A DNA stretch of 41,333 nt from a virus. The position numbers and the translations under genes are program-made. Below are positions 31,079 through 37,579 of the stretch, piece after piece. The DNA is taken from IMG/VR virus record IMGVR_UViG_3300003322_000573, positions 1-41,333 of that record; one strand, given 5' to 3'. Numbering within the stretch: the first letter of the stretch is position 1; each line of letters begins with the position of its first letter. Below the pieces are notes generated by a model. It ran no database searches and was not told the DNA's origin. It was given only the letters and a program-made list of their open reading frames with translations.

Positions 31079-31635
31079 AAGTCCTGGTTGCCTGTGAATA
31101 TTCTGGCCGAGTGCGTGAAGCATTTCGGAAACTGGGTCATGATGCCTGGAGCTGCGATTTGCTTCCAGCGGATGATAACTCACCATACCACTACCAAGGT
31201 GATGTGATGGCAATAATAAACGATGGGTGGGATTTAATGATTGCTCACCCGCCTTGTACGCACCTCGCAGTAAGTGGTGCTCGTTGGTTCAAAGATAAAC
31301 GCCAAGAGCAAGAAGATGCACTAGATTTTGTAGCTGGATTGCTGGGCGCAAACATACCAATGATTGCCCTCGAAAACCCCATTAGTGTTATCAGTAGTCG
31401 TATAAGAAAGCCCGACCAAATTATTCAGCCTTGGATGTTCGGTCACGGCGAGACGAAGGCTACCTGTTTGTGGTTGAAAAATCTACCTAAACTTTTACCG
31501 ACTGATATTGTTGAAGGTCGTGAAGCAAAAGTCCATCGAATGCCACCCGGGCCTGACCGGTGGAAGTTAAGAAGTATGACATATCAAGGAATAGCTGACG
31601 CTATGGCGCAGCAATGGGGAGCCAGAGATGAGTAA
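31075..31635 (+). CDS. Small DNA (cytosine-5-type) methyltransferase-like protein (186 aa)
   Basis: IAHPPCTHLAVSG (PC motif IV-like), IALENP (ENV motif VI-like). N-terminal VLVACEYSG in place of FxGxG. Resembles small phage DNA methylases (recall only). Confidence 0.6.
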   Translation: MKVLVACEYSGRVREAFRKLGHDAWSCDLLPADDNSPYHYQGDVMAIINDGWDLMIAHPPCTHLAVSGARWFKDKRQEQEDALDFVAGLLGANIPMIALENPISVISSRIRKPDQIIQPWMFGHGETKATCLWLKNLPKLLPTDIVEGREAKVHRMPPGPDRWKLRSMTYQGIADAMAQQWGARDE

Positions 31636-31645
31636 GTCTACAGAA
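31628..31645 (+). repeat. Start element copy 6 (ATGAGTAAGTCTACAGAA)
   Basis: 18/18. Contains the TAA of the methyltransferase gene (31633-35). Confidence 0.9.
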
Positions 31646-32329
31646 GAGTGTGCGCATCTTGAAAAATCATACACTGATGGAATGTATCCCACGGCAGAAG
31701 CACCATATGATGAGGGAGACTTCTGGTGGAGTGTAGATTGTAAGAACTGTGGCGAGGAACTCGCACACGGTGATTGTTGGAACATGCCCCAATGGGTTAA
31801 GGAGTTGACTAGGATGAGTAAGTCTACAGAAGAGTTGCGCGAGCAGTCTCAAAGCTATAGCCCCGAGATCAAGCAGCTTGCTTATGCGATGGAATCTATG
31901 TCACACGTCGAAAGGTGTGCAGCACTATACGACCTTGCCGAAAAACAACATGCTATCGGCATGAAAAATGGCCGCTTCGGCTATATATCAAAACACGACT
32001 TCGATCAAGAACTCAGCCGTAGGGTTGAGGAGACACGGTTAGAGGAGCTGGAGACACTAAACGATCAGAGCGAGGCAAAAGAGGTGGAGTCTGAGTTGTA
32101 CCCCGGAACCTATATGACCGTCTTTGACTTACCGATCAACCTTCTATGGAATCGAATCGCGGAACTAAAGAGGAGCATTGCCACCCTCAACAACCAAACT
32201 AAGGGAAGTATCTTTGGCATGGATGTGAAGGTTGACCCTAAAGTGCCCCAGTCCGGCGTTCGTTTCGATCATCCTGATGGTAGGTCAGAGGGCTTCACTC
32301 TGAATAGCCAAACTAAGGAGCCCGAATGA
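31628..32329 (+). CDS. Hypothetical protein (233 aa): a 62-codon Cys-rich module fused in frame to a second MSKSTE-initiated ORF (internal start 31814)
   Basis: Start element copies 6 (31628) and 7 (31814) are both preceded by SD-like GGAG/AGG. VDCKNCGEELAHGDC lies in the first module. Confidence 0.6.
   Translation: MSKSTEECAHLEKSYTDGMYPTAEAPYDEGDFWWSVDCKNCGEELAHGDCWNMPQWVKELTRMSKSTEELREQSQSYSPEIKQLAYAMESMSHVERCAALYDLAEKQHAIGMKNGRFGYISKHDFDQELSRRVEETRLEELETLNDQSEAKEVESELYPGTYMTVFDLPINLLWNRIAELKRSIATLNNQTKGSIFGMDVKVDPKVPQSGVRFDHPDGRSEGFTLNSQTKEPE
31814..31831 (+). repeat. Start element copy 7 (ATGAGTAAGTCTACAGAA)
   Basis: 18/18, and 22 nt shared with copy 6. Reached in frame 0 by the upstream ORF, so no stop is encountered. 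Confidence 0.9.
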
Positions 32330-32511
32330 AAGTACATTGGAAAGATGAACAAGTAGAAGTAGTTGAGGAAACAGATAACCTTTACGCTCTTGAAGTAAGT
32401 CATTGGGATGGGAGCCCTACCTTCCCTGAATACCAAATAATATGGGTAAAGAAAGAGTGGGTACAACCTTTTACAGATAATAACATGTGGCCGGAGGAGA
32501 GTAATGAGTAA
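32326..32511 (+). CDS. Hypothetical protein (61 aa)
   Basis: ORF track. AAGGAG RBS. ATGA overlap with the upstream gene. Confidence 0.6.
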   Translation: MKVHWKDEQVEVVEETDNLYALEVSHWDGSPTFPEYQIIWVKKEWVQPFTDNNMWPEESNE

Positions 32512-32668
32512 CTTCAGAGGAATTAAGAACGCACAGCTTATCGAAGTCGGGGAAGGCAGTGGCACCCCAAATGACCCGCACGAAGTGGTAAGTTACGTTG
32601 TTGTAGACGGTGTAGTGATAGGAACGGTGAACCATGAGGCTTTAGAGCTAACAGGAGGTAAGGAATGA
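32504..32668 (+). CDS. Small hypothetical protein (54 aa)
   Basis: GGAGGAG RBS. Overlaps both neighbours. Below the ORF-track cut-off. Confidence 0.45.
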   Translation: MSNFRGIKNAQLIEVGEGSGTPNDPHEVVSYVVVDGVVIGTVNHEALELTGGKE

Positions 32669-32940
32669 ACGCATTTTATACTACCGTCCAAATAGTGTTT
32701 GGTATGTTTGGTATTCTTTCACCATTCATTGTATTTGGGTTAATTTACCTCTTAATAGGACTTGTTTCATACCTAAAAACTATATCTGAACATTACGCTA
32801 ACGAAGCTAGAAAGAAGCCGCCTTACGACGAGATAGAGTCAAGCGTTAACGCTTTAAACATACAGCTCGTCAGAAAAGGCAAAGTCGTATTTGAAGACAA
32901 AGTACCAAGAACTGAGCTTGAGGGGAGTAAAGAGCAATGA
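32665..32940 (+). CDS. Membrane protein (91 aa)
   Basis: Hydrophobic N-terminal half VQIVFGMFGILSPFIVFGLIYLLIGLVSYL. Confidence 0.65.
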   Translation: MNAFYTTVQIVFGMFGILSPFIVFGLIYLLIGLVSYLKTISEHYANEARKKPPYDEIESSVNALNIQLVRKGKVVFEDKVPRTELEGSKEQ

Positions 32941-33083
32941 GCAACTACCGTCTTAATAAAGGTAAGAGACTTGCTAGGCACCTCGGTAGGGTACTTTCCT
33001 ATTTAAGAAAGCGCGAAGTAGGTGACCTGAGGCAAAGGCTACTTAAAAGGATACACATGAGGGAGGGAGCCACCCATGAATAG
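32937..33083 (+). CDS. Small basic hypothetical protein (48 aa)
   Basis: ATGA overlap upstream. Ends 8 nt into the next gene. Below the ORF-track cut-off. Confidence 0.4.
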   Translation: MSNYRLNKGKRLARHLGRVLSYLRKREVGDLRQRLLKRIHMREGATHE

Positions 33084-33273
33084 TAAACAACGGTACATCA
33101 CCATCATGGAGGATTGGGTAGAACGCGAAGGCAAGGTTTACTACCTCTGGAAAACACCGGAAGAAACTGAGTGGCATGAAAAGCTAACCCCTTACACTCA
33201 GAAACCTTATTTCACGTTTAAGTACTTAACTAAGCCAGAGTTTGACAAGCTCAAGGAGGTAGGGGATGAATAG
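33076..33273 (+). CDS. Hypothetical protein (65 aa)
   Basis: ORF track. GAGGGAGGGAG RBS. Confidence 0.65.
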   Translation: MNSKQRYITIMEDWVEREGKVYYLWKTPEETEWHEKLTPYTQKPYFTFKYLTKPEFDKLKEVGDE

Positions 33274-33637
33274 TAATAAAGGGCAAGAACCCAAGTATAA
33301 GCTTGGACAGAAGGTGTGGGCTGTGTATCCGGTAGACAACTGGCAAGAATCGCTACACATGAACCCCAGAAAGATAGTTGGTATATCTATTTCACAGATT
33401 GGAACACGTTATGAGATAGATGCTAGTACTCGTAATGGGTTCAGCGGCTATTGCAACATACCTGAGAGTTACATCTTCTTGTCAAGGGAAGACGCACTAG
33501 AACACCTCAAGGACGTCCGGCTTAATGAAATTAAGGAGAAGTTGAAGACTCACGAAAGTATATCCTATAAGCTTCGTGATGAAATCAGACATCAAGAGCA
33601 AGAAATACAGGAGTGGTCGCATGAAAGCAATTCTTGA
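33266..33637 (+). CDS. Hypothetical protein (123 aa)
   Basis: ORF track. AAGGAGG RBS. Confidence 0.7.
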   Translation: MNSNKGQEPKYKLGQKVWAVYPVDNWQESLHMNPRKIVGISISQIGTRYEIDASTRNGFSGYCNIPESYIFLSREDALEHLKDVRLNEIKEKLKTHESISYKLRDEIRHQEQEIQEWSHESNS

Positions 33638-33839
33638 ATATGGCCAGTTTACAACGATGATACAACTTCCAACCATATTGCCAGAGGTATCAGTAATAAA
33701 GCCGCCCCAAGGCATTAGCCTGCTTCCGATACAGGAGGTTGTTGACGTAACAGAAGTTACTAGTCATCGTTTAGATTTCAGGTTCAAACAACAACTAACA
33801 GACGATCTTGTCGTCTATACCTTTGAGAGGGAATCATGA
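33621..33839 (+). CDS. Hypothetical protein (72 aa)
   Basis: GGAG RBS before the ATG at 33621. The ORF-track start (33576) is over-extended. Confidence 0.6.
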   Translation: MKAILEYGQFTTMIQLPTILPEVSVIKPPQGISLLPIQEVVDVTEVTSHRLDFRFKQQLTDDLVVYTFERES

Positions 33840-34132
33840 CCCATCTATCAGACAAAGTAGAAAAGCTAGTGTCCTTATGCAAAGGAAGCGTCTCGATTAG
33901 ATTCAACGATAATACCACTAACTACGAAACGGTTGAGGAATGTATACGAACAGATTTTAGTGGCCTATACAAAGGGCTTGATGATGACGTTGCCGCTGAG
34001 ATGTTCAGGCGCAATAGGATGGTTGAGGTGCATTTTTATCCTGATACTCCGGTTGGTTTTTACCATATAACCCATTACGATCTGGAAGCTGCAGTCGATG
34101 AGGCGCTAGAAGTATTGGAGGAGAAATCATGA
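33836..34132 (+). CDS. Hypothetical protein (98 aa)
   Basis: ORF track. ATGA overlap with the upstream gene. Confidence 0.7.
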   Translation: MTHLSDKVEKLVSLCKGSVSIRFNDNTTNYETVEECIRTDFSGLYKGLDDDVAAEMFRRNRMVEVHFYPDTPVGFYHITHYDLEAAVDEALEVLEEKS

Positions 34133-34464
34133 AAGAACTATCTGATCAAGAAGTATTGCAGGCTGCTATAGAGAAAGCTATCAAGGGTGGGTATGTCACT
34201 GAAGATTGGGTACAGGGTCCGGGTCATCTAGCTACTACAGTCCTACAGCAAGGAACACTTGAGCAGCTTATATTTTCCCATGAGTTCTGTAAAGCACTAT
34301 GGGGATCGCGGACTGTCAATGCCCTCAACGGAAACAAGTTTGTAGCTAAAAAGCTACCAGACGGGGTAATTGAGACTGTTTACGTTGACCTTGCCTGGGA
34401 ATACCACATAAAACAATTAGCTGTAGCAGAAGATAGGATAGATTATTTAAGAAAGAATATGTAG
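34129..34464 (+). CDS. Hypothetical protein (111 aa), last gene of the early operon
   Basis: ORF track. GGAGGAG RBS. Confidence 0.7.
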   Translation: MKELSDQEVLQAAIEKAIKGGYVTEDWVQGPGHLATTVLQQGTLEQLIFSHEFCKALWGSRTVNALNGNKFVAKKLPDGVIETVYVDLAWEYHIKQLAVAEDRIDYLRKNM

Positions 34465-34492
34465 TGTGCTAGTATGAACGTAGCGTGCAACC

Positions 34493-34523
34493 AAAAGGCT
34501 CCTTATTTACGAGGAGCCTTTTT
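34493..34523. terminator. Bidirectional intrinsic terminator between convergent operons
   Basis: AAAAGGCTCCT (34493-503) pairs with AGGAGCCTTTT (34512-22). The A-run and T-run allow it to function on both strands. Confidence 0.75.
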
Positions 34524-34722
34524 ACGTGTCTTGTGAGCCTGATTTAGGATACTCGCCACGCGGAGCGTTCCGCCAATTACCACGTTTTTTCATTTCTGCT
34601 TGGACTACCTTATATAACTTGGAGTGCGGGCCCATCTTAGATAAAGCCACGCGCAGCTCTTCCCAGGAACGTATATTCCAGCCGCGCTCGTCTTTAGGAT
34701 CGTATTTCTTGCTATTATCCAT
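34522..34722 (-). CDS. Hypothetical basic protein (66 aa)
   Basis: GAGGG RBS before the internal ATG (34722). The ORF-track start (34776) is probably over-extended. Confidence 0.55.
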   Translation of the reverse strand: MDNSKKYDPKDERGWNIRSWEELRVALSKMGPHSKLYKVVQAEMKKRGNWRNAPRGEYPKSGSQDT

Positions 34723-34852
34723 TATCAAGCCCTCACGAAAGCCGGAAGACGATCGTAAGGGCGTGGCAAGGGACAATTACACGTAACTCCCATGGTAACA
34801 GAGAAAGGACGCCACGTCAATGCAGCGTCCCACCATACATATCATTATTAAG

Positions 34853-35137
34853 CTACCACCAGTTATGTACCAGCCAAAAAGCTTTTGCCTTCTCCCACGT
34901 CCCATACCTGTTTGTCATGTAATTGGTGAACCAGGCATCTTGGCAGGCATAATCTTGCAAAGAACAAGGAAGTTTGCTGCAAGGCAATGCTTGGCCTAAG
35001 CCACAAGCACCAGAACTTCGATTCACCGCATCAGTCCTGTTTCCTGATTCATGCATATAAATGAACGACTTAGCCTCCGCCTCGTTATTCTTACGTGGAG
35101 TGTACGATTCCGCAATAGGCAGTATCGTTGGTACCAA
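34853..35137 (-). CDS. Cell-wall-associated small domain (Apf/IsaA-like, 94+ aa) lacking its own ATG, RBS and signal peptide
   Basis: EAKSFIYMHESGNRTDAVNRSSGACGLGQ...NRYGTWEKAKAFWLVHNWW resembles, from memory, the C-terminal domain of aggregation-promoting-factor / transglycosylase-like secreted proteins of Gram-positives. The only possible start is TTG, and the frame is open upstream to 35230. Confidence 0.55.
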   Translation of the reverse strand: MVPTILPIAESYTPRKNNEAEAKSFIYMHESGNRTDAVNRSSGACGLGQALPCSKLPCSLQDYACQDAWFTNYMTNRYGTWEKAKAFWLVHNWW

Positions 35138-35211
35138 TTCAACCTTTGGCTTTACCTGCGCTAAATTAAGCGCCTTGTACGTTGTATTATCGTTACCGTT
35201 TGGTAGCTTTG

Positions 35212-35403
35212 CTATTTTAAACGTTCGAACTTAGCCGCAACGGCAGAATCAATCTTAGCATTTACGTCAGAGCGCAGCATCCATCCGCTCGAAACACCAA
35301 GCATAAAGATAGTTACGATAAGTATGATAGCCCACGGCAACTTAGCTGATTTGTACCATTTGGTTGTTAAGGTTTGTGGCCTGAAGCCTTCTATTTTTTT
35401 CAT
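35212..35403 (-). CDS. Small N-terminally anchored membrane protein (63 aa)
   Basis: ACCGGAAGGGG RBS. TM segment LPWAIILIVTIFMLGVSSGWML. Ends ...CGT TTA AAA TAG. Confidence 0.6.
   Translation of the reverse strand: MKKIEGFRPQTLTTKWYKSAKLPWAIILIVTIFMLGVSSGWMLRSDVNAKIDSAVAAKFERLK
35215..35221 (-). promoter_or_regulatory. Candidate -1 programmed frameshift heptamer U_UUA_AAA
   Basis: An X_XXY_YYZ heptamer in the zero frame of 35212-35403, immediately before its TAG. The -1 frame continues into the Apf-like domain. Confidence 0.45.
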
Positions 35404-35495
35404 AATATTCCCCTTCCGGTAGGAATTAGCTTTATATTTTTGGATAATGATACCCCCTGAACACCTCACAAGGCGCTCCAGGCGTAGCGTTACTT

Positions 35496-35690
35496 TTACT
35501 GAGCCCCGACCAGCCTACCGCTTGAGTGGTTGTAAAACGCCACAACATACTCGGCCTGACTCCTTTTATCATGCGCGTATATAGCATATCCAGCAGGAGT
35601 TACCTTGATAGAGTATGTATACTTTTTAGGATTACAACCCATTTCCTTATGGAAAAATAGGGCTTGCTTTAACACTTCTTGTTTACTCAT
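35496..35690 (-). CDS. Hypothetical protein (64 aa)
   Basis: GCCGGAAGGAGGAG RBS. The ATG follows an in-frame GTG. Confidence 0.6.
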   Translation of the reverse strand: MSKQEVLKQALFFHKEMGCNPKKYTYSIKVTPAGYAIYAHDKRSQAEYVVAFYNHSSGRLVGAQ

Positions 35691-35723
35691 CACTCTCCTC
35701 CTTCCGGCGAGGACTGCTCGTTT

Positions 35724-35882
35724 TTACCTAATATGTACTTCGTCTACCGAATTGATAGTGATCTCACACACAAGCTTATGAGAGTATGGAGATTGTACCA
35801 CATCGTCGCAGACTGGTTTGCTGCTTGCCGACAGTGCGAACCATACTACGATGATTATGACCAGCGCCATCCATATTTTCAT
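35724..35882 (-). CDS. Small secreted or membrane protein (52 aa, MKIWMALVIIIVVWFALSASS...)
   Basis: CACCGGAAGGAG RBS. Signal-peptide-like N-terminus. Below the ORF-track cut-off. The + strand ORF 35679-35990 covering it is rejected. Confidence 0.5.
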   Translation of the reverse strand: MKIWMALVIIIVVWFALSASSKPVCDDVVQSPYSHKLVCEITINSVDEVHIR

Positions 35883-36190
35883 TTCTTGCTCCTTCCGGTG
35901 AGCTTTAATATTTATCCACGAGCCACGAGACAGCCCCTAAGTAGTCCGCCTTGTTGCAACAAAACTTGGTTTTTCACCGTCAAAGTATAAATACTTATCG
36001 ACACTGTTGGCCGTCTAGCAGCCCGTGGATATTATCGTGTACCGTCAAGGCTTGGACTGGCTGTTGGCGATTTTGATTCAAGATAGACTTCGTAACTATC
36101 GAGCCAGTCTTTGCCTGGACAAGCCCGATTGAGTAAGAGTGAACGTCGTCAGATGCTTCCGGTCATCTTGCTTCGTTCGAGCTTATTTAC

Positions 36191-36219
36191 ATTATATAGG
36201 AAGGAAACAGTAATGTCAA
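36191..36219 (-). promoter_or_regulatory. Perfect consensus promoter: TTGACA-17 nt-TATAAT
   Basis: -35 at 36219-36214 and -10 at 36196-36191 on the minus strand. A leader of about 300 nt lies before the first leftward ORF (35882). Confidence 0.75.
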
Positions 36220-36247
36220 TACTATTTATGCATTTCATATAACTTAT

Positions 36248-36282
36248 CCGCTTATTGATATCAGAACAGTTCATAGTATGAT
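36248..36282 (+). promoter_or_regulatory. Motif promoter P8: CCGCTTATTGATA-16 nt-TATGAT
   Basis: -35 at 36255-60 and -10 at 36277-82. The ATG at 36292 lies 9 nt after the -10 with no SD. Confidence 0.55.
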
Positions 36283-36291
36283 TCGTATCAA

Positions 36292-36702
36292 ATGATAAAC
36301 AACAATATAGACGTTAAGAAAAAGAAGTACATAGCTGCCCAAGTAGCTGGAAAGTCAAAACGTGAGGCCGCGTTAGCGGCTGGTGCCAAGAGTATCATGG
36401 CTGCTGATAAGTATGGGACACGCATGTCTAAAGATGTCCAGGTACAAGAGGCTATAAATAAAGCCCTAGAGTATCATGGCGCTACACCAGAGTTTGCAGT
36501 AGGTAGCATTAAGAAAGTAGCGGAACAGGTAGAGAATAACCCTGGTGCAGCATTAAATGCAAGCGTAAAGATTTTAGAGCTTCATGGATGGAAAGCAGGT
36601 GAAAGACCAAATGTAACATTACAAGTTAAAAATGCATTTTTCAACGGAAGTAGAACAAAACTAGAACAAAAACCTGTGGTTGATGGTGAAATAGTAGAAT
36701 AA
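36292..36702 (+). CDS. terS: Terminase small subunit (136 aa)
   Basis: KKKYIAAQVAGKSKREAALAAGAKS...KYGTRMSKDVQVQEAI is the typical N-terminal HTH pattern of small terminases. Confidence 0.7.
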   Translation: MINNNIDVKKKKYIAAQVAGKSKREAALAAGAKSIMAADKYGTRMSKDVQVQEAINKALEYHGATPEFAVGSIKKVAEQVENNPGAALNASVKILELHGWKAGERPNVTLQVKNAFFNGSRTKLEQKPVVDGEIVE

Positions 36703-37130
36703 TACGTCATACAACTCATCTTCTTTACAATACCTTAATGTCGCACAATATACTAGTCGTCTGTTTCCTTAATAGGTATGTATAACATACTCATGTACCT
36801 ATGCATTGTCCCTTATATATAGCCTTACTCTATAGCTATGCCATTGTTATATGCATATGACCTTACCATATGATACTGCTCACTACATATAACAAAGAGA
36901 AGGAACAAGAGCAAGGATAAGGAGTAAGGTATAGGCGTATGAATACATGAAACAGGGTAGGGGGTAGGATTCCCCAATAGCCTACATATATATAAAGGTA
37001 TCCCTATAAAACACCAATAAGAAAAAAGGGAAAGGCTATTAAAGCCGCTTATGTATAAGGCATATAAAAAAGAGATTGAAATAGACAACCTCCTCGTTTC
37101 ACTACCGCCCTCATTGTGTCTATAGGTAAT

Positions 37131-37164
37131 AGCGTACAAGCTTGTCAAGTATTTTCAATAAGCG
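37131..37164 (-). promoter_or_regulatory. Reverse-oriented copy of the motif promoter: CGCTTATTGAAA-16 nt-TACGCT
   Basis: The only minus-strand copy of the motif. -35 at 37158-53 and -10 at 37136-31. Points into the AT-rich block, with no ORF behind it. Confidence 0.4.
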
Positions 37165-37227
37165 TCATTACCTCTGTTATGTGTAGAAGTAAATGCATGT
37201 AGAATTAACAATACCTGCGTATTAACA

Positions 37228-37261
37228 CGCTTATTGAGGAACAAAAAAAGACTGGTACTGT
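37228..37261 (+). promoter_or_regulatory. Motif promoter P9: CGCTTATTGAGG-16 nt-TACTGT
   Basis: -35 at 37234-39 and -10 at 37256-61. The ATG at 37268 lies 6 nt after the -10 with no SD. Confidence 0.6.
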
Positions 37262-37267
37262 CTAGGC

Positions 37268-37579
37268 ATGAGTATGGCGAGTCTTAAAAGCAAAAGAGAA
37301 TGCAGTGTATGTACGACTGTCATTTTCGATTGGGATCCGAAAACAGACAAACTTAGGACAAATGAAGAGTATAACGAAGTCGAAGTAGAGTTAAACGATA
37401 GATCAAGAATGAGAACTGGCGTCTGTTCGAAGCATACGGCGCTTTCTAAAAAAGACTTGCCTACAATAACTGAAAAAACACACAAAGGTTGGCTAGAAGA
37501 AGTAGCGTATGGAATAGGAAATGCGGAGTGGGTAAAACATAAGGGACTTAGTCTGGAAGTTGTGGGGATTGTAAAGTGA
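37268..37579 (+). CDS. Zinc-ribbon-like hypothetical protein (103 aa)
   Basis: CSVC...CSKH Cys/His pairs. ORF track. Confidence 0.65.
   Translation: MSMASLKSKRECSVCTTVIFDWDPKTDKLRTNEEYNEVEVELNDRSRMRTGVCSKHTALSKKDLPTITEKTHKGWLEEVAYGIGNAEWVKHKGLSLEVVGIVK

Larger units (their letters stand above)
36703..37267. other. AT-rich 565-nt non-coding block with short inverted iterons (pac/ori/regulatory candidate)
   Basis: CCTTA occurs five times at 36733-36865, then TAAGG at 36918, 36925 and 37055. Pyrimidine-rich left half and purine-rich right half. No credible ORF. Confidence 0.5.

Noticed and set aside
35679-35990. A 103-aa + strand ORF
   Set aside because: It overlaps two minus-strand ORFs (35496-35690 and 35724-35882) that have strong CCGGAAGGAG-type RBSs and sensible signal-peptide or TM features. 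The + strand ORF has no RBS.
36825-37148. A 107-aa minus-strand ORF in the AT-rich block
   Set aside because: Its TTG start lies inside the spacer of the reverse motif promoter, so it would not be on that transcript. The low-complexity Leu/Ser/Ile/Tyr-rich sequence arises from AT-rich repeats.
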